The position numbers and the translations under genes are program-made. Positions 18,619-26,595 of a stretch of DNA of 32,000 bases are shown here, piece by piece. Numbering within the stretch: the stretch's first letter is position 1; each line of letters starts with the position of its first letter. The notes beneath the pieces are model-generated. The model made no database searches, had not been told where the DNA came from, and saw nothing but the letters and a program-made list of their open reading frames with translations. The stretch comes from Thermofilum pendens Hrk 5 (GTDB lineage Archaea > Thermoproteota > Thermoprotei > Thermofilales > Thermofilaceae), in NCBI RefSeq assembly GCF_000015225.1, contig NC_008698.1:840001-872000 (forward strand), read 5' to 3'.

Positions 18619-19419
18619 TTACGAGCCCCCGGTAAATCTCTCCTTTTTAGCGAGGAGGACCTGCCTCGAATAGACGTAGCTGGCCGCGAGCGATACGAGT
18701 ATCATGAGTGAGGCCAGAGCGTTTAGCTCTGTCGTAGCCCTTCCCCGGGCCGCCCTCGCCCATATCACGAGTGGTAGTGTTTTGAAGCCGGGCCCCGTTG
18801 TAAAGGCTGTTTTAACGAAGTCGTCGAAGCTCATCGCGAAGGTTATCAGTAGCGAGGCAACGATGCCCGGGAGTGCCATTGGGAAGTATACTCGGACGAA
18901 GACGTCGAACGGCCTGGCCCCCAAGGTGTACGCGGCGTCCTCGACGCTCCTCGAGGTAACCTTGAACTGCGGCTTTAAGGCCACGTAAGCGTAGGAGACG
19001 TTGTAGGCCGTGTGCCCTACCAGCACAGTCCAAAAACCTAGCTCTACTCCCGCAGAATAGTAGAGCATGAGTAGCGAGACGCTTTCCACGATCTCCGGGA
19101 TCACTATCGGAGCGTAGAAGAAGCTGTCCGCCGCGCCCGAGGAGCCTCTCTTCGAGAAGTAGTACGCGGCGACGCCCCCTAGGACTGTCGAGAGGGTAGC
19201 CGAGAGGACAGCGACCGCTAGGCCGTTAGCCGCTGCCTGCAGGATCTCCGAGTCGCGGGCTAGCTCGAAGTACCACTCCAAGGTGAACCCGCGCCAAGCG
19301 CCGGGGTACTTTGCCGCGTTAAAGGACTGGACTACTATGAAGGCTAGCGGCGCGTACAGGAAGGCCAGCAGAAGCGCCGTGTAGAGCTGGAGGACTCTTT
19401 TAAGCTTCAAGTTCCGCAC
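18619..19419 (-). CDS. potC: polyamine ABC transporter permease (PotC-like)
   Basis: 266 aa and multi-TM, with the EAA loop VEDAAYTLGARPFDVFVRVYFPMALPGI. It overlaps the upstream permease by 20 nt. Confidence 0.88.
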   Translation of the reverse strand: MRNLKLKRVLQLYTALLLAFLYAPLAFIVVQSFNAAKYPGAWRGFTLEWYFELARDSEILQAAANGLAVAVLSATLSTVLGGVAAYYFSKRGSSGAADSFFYAPIVIPEIVESVSLLMLYYSAGVELGFWTVLVGHTAYNVSYAYVALKPQFKVTSRSVEDAAYTLGARPFDVFVRVYFPMALPGIVASLLITFAMSFDDFVKTAFTTGPGFKTLPLVIWARAARGRATTELNALASLMILVSLAASYVYSRQVLLAKKERFTGGS

Positions 19420-20170
19420 CCCACCTCATGTACGCGTATACCGCCAGCAAGGACGCCGCGGTTATGATCAGGGCTAGCGCGCTGCCCGCGGCCCAGTTCC
19501 TGTACTTCAGGAACAAGTCCCACACAAGGTACCCGACTGTGTAGCCGTAGACTCCTCCAAGCATCGCTGGCACCACGAACTCGGTGAACGCCATGAGGAA
19601 CACGAGCGTAACTCCAGAGAGTATCCCGGGCGCCGAGACCGGTACGAGCACCCTGAGCACAGCCTGGTGGGGCTTCGCGCCCAGAGTCTCCGCGGCTTCG
19701 AGGAGCCTCCTCTCGACCCTCTCGAACGTCGAGTACACCGGTAGCAGCATAAGGGGGAAGTACTCGTAGACCATGCCTATAACCACCGCCTGGAAGCTGT
19801 TCGCCAACCCTAAAAGCGAGAAAATGTTCATCAAGGCGTAGGCGCGTAGCAGGAAATTGACCAGCATGGGAAGAGTGAACGCGACGAGCAACTTACTCTT
19901 GCCCTCCTCGCTTTCAACGTAGAAGGCGAGGTAGTACGCTACCGGGAGGGATGCGAGCAGAGTGACCGCGGTAACGATGACTGCTATCAGCCCCGAGTAG
20001 GCGATTATGGCCAGGTAGTCCTCGTTCGTGACGACCTGGTAGTAGACGGAGACGCCCCCGCCCCTAAGGCTCTCGAAGAGCATGAGCACTATGGGGAAGT
20101 AGAACGTGGAAGCCACGTAAAGGACGGGAACAAGGGCCGCTAGACGCACGCCTAGGCTTTCGCCCCGCAT
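19400..20170 (-). CDS. potB: polyamine ABC transporter permease (PotB-like)
   Basis: 256 aa and multi-TM, with the EAA loop LEAAETLGAKPHQAVLRVLVPVSAPGI. Confidence 0.88.
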   Translation of the reverse strand: MRGESLGVRLAALVPVLYVASTFYFPIVLMLFESLRGGGVSVYYQVVTNEDYLAIIAYSGLIAVIVTAVTLLASLPVAYYLAFYVESEEGKSKLLVAFTLPMLVNFLLRAYALMNIFSLLGLANSFQAVVIGMVYEYFPLMLLPVYSTFERVERRLLEAAETLGAKPHQAVLRVLVPVSAPGILSGVTLVFLMAFTEFVVPAMLGGVYGYTVGYLVWDLFLKYRNWAAGSALALIITAASLLAVYAYMRWGAELEA

Positions 20171-20172
20171 CG

Positions 20173-21258
20173 TTACTCCTCGGAGAACACCCTCGTCTCT
20201 GACAGGTCTATGTACACCTTGACTGGCGCCCTTTCCTCGAGACCCGAGGCGTCCCTGCTGGGGAATAAAGCTTCGAACGCCGCGTCCCCGAGACCGTCGA
20301 GGACAACCTTCGTCAAGGGGCCCAAGAAGACCCTATCGACGACAACGGCTTCTACCTCGATGTACCTGCCGTGGGGAGGCGGGTGTAGGCTCACGTGCTC
20401 CGGCCTTACGAAAAGCGTTACCTCGCCCGTGTAGCCCTTGTACTCCTCCGAGAGTAGCGACAAATCGAGCCTAGCGCCCCTGAACTCGGCCACGCCGCCG
20501 ACCGCTCTCAGCCTTACAAGGTTCGACTCGCCGAGAAAAGACGCTACGAAGGCGTTCGCCGGTTTCCTGTAGACCTCGTCGGGGCGCCCAACCTGTAGGA
20601 CGACCCCGTCCTTCATGAGCGCCAGGCGGTCCGACAGCATCATAGCCTCGTTCTGATCGTGGGTCACATACACGGTGGTCACCCCGGTCTCGCGCTGAAG
20701 TCTCTTCAGCTCCTTTATGAGCTCCAGCCTAACCTTGTAGTCGAGGTGGCTGAATGGCTCGTCGAGGAGCAGTAGGCGCGGGTCGCGGGCAAGCGCCCTC
20801 GCGATAGCGACCCTCTGTTGCTGCCCTCCGCTGAGTTGCTGGATCTTCCTGTGCGCGAACACCTCGAAGGGCAGGTGAACTAGCTCCAGGACTTCGCGCA
20901 CGCGGCGCTCCGCAACCTCCCGCGGCACGCCGGCGAGCTCCAGGCTGAACGCAACGTTCTTGTAAACTGTCAGGTGCGGAAAGAGCGCCAAGTCCTGGAA
21001 CACCATGCCGATATCCCTCTCGTAGGCGGGGAGCCCAGTCACGTCTACTCCGTCGAAGAACACCTTCCCGCGGTCCGGCGCAGAGAGCCCCGCGATAATC
21101 CTCAGAAGGGTTGTCTTCCCGCAACCGGAGGGGCCGAGAATGCTGAAGAGTTCCCCCCTCTCTACCTCGAGGGTCACCCCTCTAAGAGCCTCTGTGCGCC
21201 CTCGATCCCTGTACGTCTTCCATACGTCCACTACTTGGAGGCTAACGCCCTTCGCCAT
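20173..21258 (-). CDS. potA: polyamine/sugar-type ABC transporter ATP-binding protein (PotA-like)
   Basis: 361 aa. It has Walker A GPSGCGKTT, LSGGQQQRVAIARAL and LLLLDEPFSHLD, plus a C-terminal TOBE-like regulatory domain. Confidence 0.93.
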   Translation of the reverse strand: MAKGVSLQVVDVWKTYRDRGRTEALRGVTLEVERGELFSILGPSGCGKTTLLRIIAGLSAPDRGKVFFDGVDVTGLPAYERDIGMVFQDLALFPHLTVYKNVAFSLELAGVPREVAERRVREVLELVHLPFEVFAHRKIQQLSGGQQQRVAIARALARDPRLLLLDEPFSHLDYKVRLELIKELKRLQRETGVTTVYVTHDQNEAMMLSDRLALMKDGVVLQVGRPDEVYRKPANAFVASFLGESNLVRLRAVGGVAEFRGARLDLSLLSEEYKGYTGEVTLFVRPEHVSLHPPPHGRYIEVEAVVVDRVFLGPLTKVVLDGLGDAAFEALFPSRDASGLEERAPVKVYIDLSETRVFSEE

Positions 21259-21310
21259 CTCTCTGCCAATGGCTAAAGTCTCTGCTTAAAAAGCTATTCA
21301 TTAGCATAAC

Positions 21311-21402
21311 GGAGCGGGCGTAGTGCCGCCGGGAGGAAGCCCCGGAGCCCCCAGCGCACAGGTAGCCAAGGCTCGGTATCCCACCGTGCATGGGTACGCT
21401 CC
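21311..21402. other. GC-rich intergenic segment with multi-hairpin potential (candidate structured RNA, strand unknown)
   Basis: Outer pairing is GGAGCG (21311-16) with CGCTCC (21397-402). Inner hairpins are CCGGG-7nt-CCCGG (21329-45), GAGCC...GGCTC (21345-49 with 21370-74) and GTA(T)CCCA-7nt-TGGGTAC (21376-97). These were folded by hand only. Confidence 0.2.
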
Positions 21403-21429
21403 ATAGGCGTCGGGACTAGCTGTCTAGCT

Positions 21430-21876
21430 TTACGTGATCGGCACCTTGTAGGGCTTCAGGCGCTTGATCTCCGACAAGACCCTCTCGATGAATGCGTCTA
21501 CGTACGCCCAGCTGAACCCCTTCTCCTCGAGCAGGCTCCTGACGTAGGCTTCGGTCTCCCGGTAGCTCTTGAACCTCTCGTTTATCTCCCTCCACGGGAT
21601 ACCCTTTAACCCCTCGGCGAGCTTCGCGTCGAAGGGCAGAATCCCCTTCAGCATAAGGACGGCGATCGAGGGGTACCCCAGGTAGCCCCTGTACACAGAC
21701 CCATTGTCGTTCGAAGCTATCCCCAGCTTTCCATCCCAGACAACCCTGTAAACCCTGCTACCATCGGAGCCAGTGACCCTCGCCTCCCCCTCCCCGACAA
21801 AGACAACCCTCCCATCCCCTATAGCCCCGAGAGCCTCGAGCACCTTCACCCTCGGGGGAACGCGCCAGTACTCCAC
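21430..21876 (-). CDS. hypothetical protein (148 aa)
   Basis: Clean ORF with protein-like composition and no motif recognised. The segment YRGYLGYPSIAVLMLKGILP vaguely resembles a Cys-less SWIM-like element. That resemblance is speculative. Confidence 0.55.
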   Translation of the reverse strand: MEYWRVPPRVKVLEALGAIGDGRVVFVGEGEARVTGSDGSRVYRVVWDGKLGIASNDNGSVYRGYLGYPSIAVLMLKGILPFDAKLAEGLKGIPWREINERFKSYRETEAYVRSLLEEKGFSWAYVDAFIERVLSEIKRLKPYKVPIT

Positions 21877-21918
21877 GAGTCAAAGGACGCTTAACACTGC
21901 TATAAGCTTTCCGGAGGT

Positions 21919-22983
21919 TTAAGCCGGCTTGCCAACGGGCATCAGGTAGAGCGGGTCCTCGACTTCGAGTATACTGCTAACCTCCTCGTCCTCGAACGCC
22001 CCTATAGCCACGGTGCCAAGCCCCTCGTGGACCGCGTTTAGGTAAATGTTCTGCCCAACCGCGCCGACCTCTACCTCGGCGAGCGGCCCCCTACCCGTCA
22101 GCACCACGACGGCCGGCGCCTTCCTCACGGAGCCCTGCATGAGCGCCGCCCTCCACAGCTTCTCCGCGAACTCGCCGACCCGGACTAGCTCTAGCTCGAG
22201 CTCGGAGGAGTTGAAGCGGTACAACCCCTTCTCAACCCCCTTCACGCTCGTAGCAACCACGTAGCCCTCGACCGCGTAGCCGCCCCCCAGCTTGGGGTAA
22301 GGACGCGCTCCCTCGACGACCTCCCCCATGGACCACTTCATTATGGAGTCCAGCGCCTCGAGGCCCAGCGACGCCCTCGCGTAGTTCCTCACGCTACGCC
22401 TCGCAGCTACGACGTCGTCAAGGGGGAGCCCCTTCTCCAAGGCGAAGCCGGCGCAGTAGCCCGCAGGCCTGGAAACAGCTACCCTAGCGAGCACGTACTC
22501 GGCGGACCCAGCCCTGAACTCGTAGTCCACGAGCTCCACCGAGCCAGCCAAGCCGTGGCTGTAGATAGAGAGGAAGAGGTTCTGAAGGGCGTGCCCGAGC
22601 TCCATGCGGACGTACCTGTACCCCCTCTCGCCGTAGTACGTCGTCGTGCGGCCCGGGAAAGCCGTCAAGACGAAGCCCTCGAAGCCGGCGTCACCCCCAA
22701 CCCTCGACAAACCGCCCCCGCAGGGAACATACCTGTAGAGCCCTCTCTCCAGCCGGAAGACCTCCCCCCTAGACGACACGTAGACCTCCAAGGGGTAAGT
22801 GGCGCCAGCCGAGGGGACAGTCCTAAACCTGCCCTCGCGGCACCCCTGAACGTGGAAAAGCATCCTCCTCAAAGCATCCCCGTCGCCCTCCCCGGGCCTT
22901 AAAGGTTGCCCGTTCGCTAGGCACCACAAAGCCTCCCTGAGTAGAGGGCGAGGTCTAAACGAGGGTTTCTCCTTGACCCACAT
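21919..22983 (-). CDS. SagB-type dehydrogenase / nitroreductase-family protein
   Basis: Two nitroreductase-like lobes, with a RRSVRNY motif in the second lobe. I prefer ATG 22983 (MWVKEKPSF...) over GTG 23043 because the TATA-like TTTATCT at 23011-23017 lies inside the longer ORF. Confidence 0.75.
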   Translation of the reverse strand: MWVKEKPSFRPRPLLREALWCLANGQPLRPGEGDGDALRRMLFHVQGCREGRFRTVPSAGATYPLEVYVSSRGEVFRLERGLYRYVPCGGGLSRVGGDAGFEGFVLTAFPGRTTTYYGERGYRYVRMELGHALQNLFLSIYSHGLAGSVELVDYEFRAGSAEYVLARVAVSRPAGYCAGFALEKGLPLDDVVAARRSVRNYARASLGLEALDSIMKWSMGEVVEGARPYPKLGGGYAVEGYVVATSVKGVEKGLYRFNSSELELELVRVGEFAEKLWRAALMQGSVRKAPAVVVLTGRGPLAEVEVGAVGQNIYLNAVHEGLGTVAIGAFEDEEVSSILEVEDPLYLMPVGKPA

Positions 22984-23149
22984 AACTCCTCTACATGTAG
23001 AGAAGACAATAGATAAAGGTTTCGCGTACACCCAAGCATTCACGGCTCAACGTTTTCCAAGCACTGGGAGCGCAACCCGTCTTCAACAGCTTCACCCTGC
23101 ACGACCCACGCGCGAAAGCTTTAACCCTCTCGAGATTCTCTCTTCCGGT

Positions 23150-23713
23150 ATGCGTGTATACGTGGTAACCGGGAATGTGCACAAGGTAGCGGAGCTCTCC
23201 CTAGCGCTTAAGCCCTTCGGCGTCGAGCTGGAGCCCCTCCGCGCAGAGAAGCTCGAAGTACAGTCCGAGAGCCTCGAGAAGATAGCCCTCGTAGCGGCGG
23301 AGCACCTGCCGCCCCTCGACAAGCCGGCCATAGTCGAGGACGCGGGGCTCTTCGTGAAGGCTCTCAACGGCTTCCCCGGCCCCTATAGTAGCTACGCCTA
23401 CAAGACGATAGGCTGCAGGGGGTTGCTGAAGCTCATGGAGGGCGTCTCCGACAGGGAGGCAGTCTTCAGGTCCGTCATAGCCCTCAGAATGCCGGACGGC
23501 TCGATACACCTCTTTAAAGGCGAGGCGGCGGGCGTGATAACAGAGGAGGAGAGGGGCACTGGGGGCTTCGGCTTCGACCCCGTGTTCCGGCCGCGCGGCT
23601 CCGAGAAGACATTCGCCGAGATGACGACCGAGGAGAAAAACCTGTACTCGCACAGGGCTAAAGCCGCGAGAAACCTGGCCGAGTGGCTAGTGAGGCGCGC
23701 TAAGGGTATTTGA
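23150..23713 (+). CDS. rdgB: non-canonical purine NTP pyrophosphatase (HAM1/RdgB ITPase)
   Basis: I prefer ATG 23150 (MRVYVVTGNVHKVAE...), with CTTTAA about 27 nt upstream. It has the motifs TGNxxKxxE, GFGFDPVF and SHRAKA. Confidence 0.9.
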   Translation: MRVYVVTGNVHKVAELSLALKPFGVELEPLRAEKLEVQSESLEKIALVAAEHLPPLDKPAIVEDAGLFVKALNGFPGPYSSYAYKTIGCRGLLKLMEGVSDREAVFRSVIALRMPDGSIHLFKGEAAGVITEEERGTGGFGFDPVFRPRGSEKTFAEMTTEEKNLYSHRAKAARNLAEWLVRRAKGI

Positions 23714-26078
23714 CGACAGTGGGCGAGTACTTCTCCAGGAACATCGGCGCGTAGATGTACGCGTTCTTCCACATGTCGCCGGAGCTTACGCTGAGAAAGC
23801 CGCTTCCCTGAGCCCTGTAGTCCAGGATCACTGTCCAGAAGGAAAGCGTGGCGCCGCTACCCACCGATCTGTATACGCTGTAGGGCCAGAAGTTGTACTC
23901 TATGGAGCCTTGCCGAGTACCCTCAGGAGCATAGGCTGTTGTGCAGAACCTTGCGTCGTTGCCGCCGATACTTCTGAGTAGCTGTACACCCGACTGGCTG
24001 AGCACGAGTGCCCTACCGAAGCTGTACACAGCGCTCCAGTGGGTGATGAGAAAGCCAGGGTCTGGTCTGCATAGCACTCCGCGGGGCGAACTTTTGACGT
24101 AGTCAAAGGAGAATTTATATGTTTGATTAGGTAGTCCTCCTTCGAAGCCCGCCGTTAGGTAGAGGAAGTAGTCGGCTATACCCTTCCCCATCTCGGTGGA
24201 CATCCAGTACCCGTAGCCGCTCTTCGAGTATTTCCAGTAGATGTAGGTGATGACGGGTATGTAGCGCGTACCGTTGACTACCTGCACTATGGATAACGTG
24301 TCGTAGTAGTCGCTCCGAACGTCGTTGCACGAGTAGTCGTAGACGTTGCCTACCAGCGTGGTGTTAAGCACGGCGAAAATCCTTATCGGCGCCCTGATCC
24401 ACGAGTACCTCAGGTAGTTGTAGTAGACGCTCCAAGTGCCGTAAGGCCTGTAGCGGCCGAGGTAGCTCCCGTAGACGTCGAAGGAGTGAAGGTTGTAGGG
24501 GCCCAGGGCGCTGTCCTTGTCGGGATCCCAGAGCACGAACGCGGCCACGCCGCAGTAGCTGACGTGGTCGTATCCGCGCGAGGACTGGTGCTCCAAGTCG
24601 ACGAACTCGACGTCGTATAGCGGGTGCCAAACGTCCTTGTGAGTACTGCTGTAGGTGTAATTTATGCTGGAGGGGTACGCCGCGGGCTCGGCGTCCAGGT
24701 CGTCTATCCACCAAAGCGCTACGACCTGCTTTCTTACGCTGGTGGTCGGGAACTTTACCTGGAAGACGAGCCTCGTGTTGTACTTAGCTCCCTTGACGAA
24801 GTCCATCTGGGGGTCGGAGAGCCCCACGGGGACGTTCACCCATATCCCGTGCCACTGCACGGTGGTCCAGTTCTCGTACTGGATAGGCCTCTCGACAAGC
24901 GTACGTAGCGTCCCGTCGAGCGTGGCGTTCACCCTGATCTGCTTGATCGGTACGTAGGGGAACGGGGGTAGCTTGAGCTGGGGGTCTACGGCGAGTTTCT
25001 GTCCGAGCCAGAACAGCGATAGGTTGGAGCTCATCTCCAGCGTGTACACCTCGTTGCTGATATCGCTGGGCCTCTTCAGGCTCTGAATTTTACCGTCCTT
25101 GTCGTAGTAGTAGAGCGTGTCCGGGGTGTTCCTTTGTATCGCGAAGACGAGGTAGCTGTACGCAGAGCCCTCCACGACTATCCCCCTCTCGTCGGATACT
25201 ACCACCATGACTGGAGCATATTGCTCCCCTGTCAAGGGGTCCTGGAAAACCTCTACTGCCGGCTCGAAGGTCACCGAGTAGTTCCCGTAGCCCTGGTACG
25301 TCACGTCCGTTATCTTTGCGAGCCTCCACTCACCCGTGTACCTGCCTTGGGAGTCCCTCTCGGGGTAGTAAACCCTCACCCACCCCTTCGAGAGGAGCCT
25401 GCCGTAGGGGTTCCCGGTTACCCTAGGGGGATCCGTAGAGTAGTCTATGTCCCCGTCGTACCTAACGTTTATGATTATCGTCGTGTTCCGCGGGGTCACC
25501 TGCACCGGCTTCCTGTAAACCGTCAGCGTTAAGCCGACGAAGACGTCGCTCTCCCAGTTGTAAAACCCAAGGTTCGTAACGTTAAGCTTCAGCCTCGCAT
25601 AAGCGTAGCTCCCCGAGGTCGGCAGGTACCAGTAGCCATTCATCAAGTTGTAGACGCTCCTGGAGCGGCCGAGCTCCTTCGAGAGGTCTAGGCGTAGCAC
25701 CTCGTAGCCCACCTGTACCCCGTACTCCGCGTAGGCCTTCGTCACCGACTGCCTCCAGTACTCCAGGTAGGTCTTCGCCGCCATCCTAGCGACCGTGAAG
25801 TTATGCCTGTTGTACATCGAGACGCCGTACTGGCTAAACCTCTCCGTTAGGTCGGAGAACTCGGAGTAGTTGAAGTAAGCCCTCGTCGCCACGGCTAGCA
25901 TCGCGGCGAGCGCCCTCTTGAAGTCGGCGGTTATGGCGGCTACAAGCTCTCTGACTACGGGGCTCCTCGTCCTCAGGAACAGCGAGTGCGCTTGGTACAC
26001 CGTTACGAGTATCGACATGAGCACGAGCCCTATAACCAGCACGGCGGCTACCACTATCTGGGCGCTCCTCCTGCGCAA
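23700..26078 (-). CDS. large (792 aa) exported protein with a pilin-like N-terminal anchor; putative pilus-associated adhesin or tip protein
   Basis: TTG start 6 nt after the preceding stop. The N-terminus is RRRSA|QIVVAAVLVIGLVLMSILVTV, followed by a helical segment and then a long Tyr/Trp-rich region. I counted 12 N-x-S/T sequons by hand. No enzymatic motif was recognised. Confidence 0.7.
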   Translation of the reverse strand: MRRRSAQIVVAAVLVIGLVLMSILVTVYQAHSLFLRTRSPVVRELVAAITADFKRALAAMLAVATRAYFNYSEFSDLTERFSQYGVSMYNRHNFTVARMAAKTYLEYWRQSVTKAYAEYGVQVGYEVLRLDLSKELGRSRSVYNLMNGYWYLPTSGSYAYARLKLNVTNLGFYNWESDVFVGLTLTVYRKPVQVTPRNTTIIINVRYDGDIDYSTDPPRVTGNPYGRLLSKGWVRVYYPERDSQGRYTGEWRLAKITDVTYQGYGNYSVTFEPAVEVFQDPLTGEQYAPVMVVVSDERGIVVEGSAYSYLVFAIQRNTPDTLYYYDKDGKIQSLKRPSDISNEVYTLEMSSNLSLFWLGQKLAVDPQLKLPPFPYVPIKQIRVNATLDGTLRTLVERPIQYENWTTVQWHGIWVNVPVGLSDPQMDFVKGAKYNTRLVFQVKFPTTSVRKQVVALWWIDDLDAEPAAYPSSINYTYSSTHKDVWHPLYDVEFVDLEHQSSRGYDHVSYCGVAAFVLWDPDKDSALGPYNLHSFDVYGSYLGRYRPYGTWSVYYNYLRYSWIRAPIRIFAVLNTTLVGNVYDYSCNDVRSDYYDTLSIVQVVNGTRYIPVITYIYWKYSKSGYGYWMSTEMGKGIADYFLYLTAGFEGGLPNQTYKFSFDYVKSSPRGVLCRPDPGFLITHWSAVYSFGRALVLSQSGVQLLRSIGGNDARFCTTAYAPEGTRQGSIEYNFWPYSVYRSVGSGATLSFWTVILDYRAQGSGFLSVSSGDMWKNAYIYAPMFLEKYSPTVVKYP

Positions 26079-26084
26079 GCCCGG

Positions 26085-26585
26085 TCACCCCGAGTACCCT
26101 ATCGTGAGGAGGATGTAGAGCGCAGTCCCCCTAACGCTGTCCGGGTCCCCCGTGCAGACGTACGTGTAGCTCACGGGCTCGGACTCCACGAGCCTAGTGG
26201 TGTTCGTGTCGTAGTTAGACGCACACCCAAGCCAAACAAGGCTAGTGTTGCCCGCCGAGACGTCGAAGTCCACCCTGTACACGTCCATCCTGAAGAGTAT
26301 GCCCGGCGGGAGGCTCGCAGTCGCCATCATCGCGAGGTCGTACAGAGTGCACCCCCCGCCCTGCGCCGCGGAGGGGTTCAGGTTGGCAAGGGTTTTCTCG
26401 AAGACACCGTTATCAGCCATGTTGTTTAAAAGGTTGTACGCAAGCCTCCTCAGATCGCTTGTCTCCCGCACATAAACGCTTCGCAGAGGCCTCGCGAAGG
26501 ACATCACGAGGAGTATAATCGCTACGACCATGAACGTAGCTAGGACAGCCTCAATTATCCTCACCTGACCCCTTCTACGCGCCAC
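26085..26585 (-). CDS. type IV pilin-like protein (166 aa)
   Basis: I prefer GTG 26585, which lies 10 nt after the upstream stop, over ATG 26678, which would overlap the upstream gene by 83 nt. The N-terminus is ARRRG|QVRIIEAVLATFMVVAIILLVMSF. It has 2 sequons and 3 Cys. Confidence 0.65.
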   Translation of the reverse strand: MARRRGQVRIIEAVLATFMVVAIILLVMSFARPLRSVYVRETSDLRRLAYNLLNNMADNGVFEKTLANLNPSAAQGGGCTLYDLAMMATASLPPGILFRMDVYRVDFDVSAGNTSLVWLGCASNYDTNTTRLVESEPVSYTYVCTGDPDSVRGTALYILLTIGYSG

Positions 26586-26595
26586 ACCGCGCCAC

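Noticed and set aside
21311-21402. The cloverleaf-like four-way fold, considered as a tRNA or tRNA pseudogene.
   Set aside because: Neither strand has a GTTCRANYC-type T-loop, a conserved D-loop, U8, or sensible anticodon-loop geometry. I keep it only as a generic structured-RNA candidate.
23700-23713. The 14-nt convergent overlap of the ITPase and 792-aa gene 3' ends, and the 44-nt overlap at 12807-12850, considered as antisense regulatory arrangements.
   Set aside because: Short convergent overlaps are common in compact archaeal genomes. Nothing in the sequence suggests a specific regulatory role.
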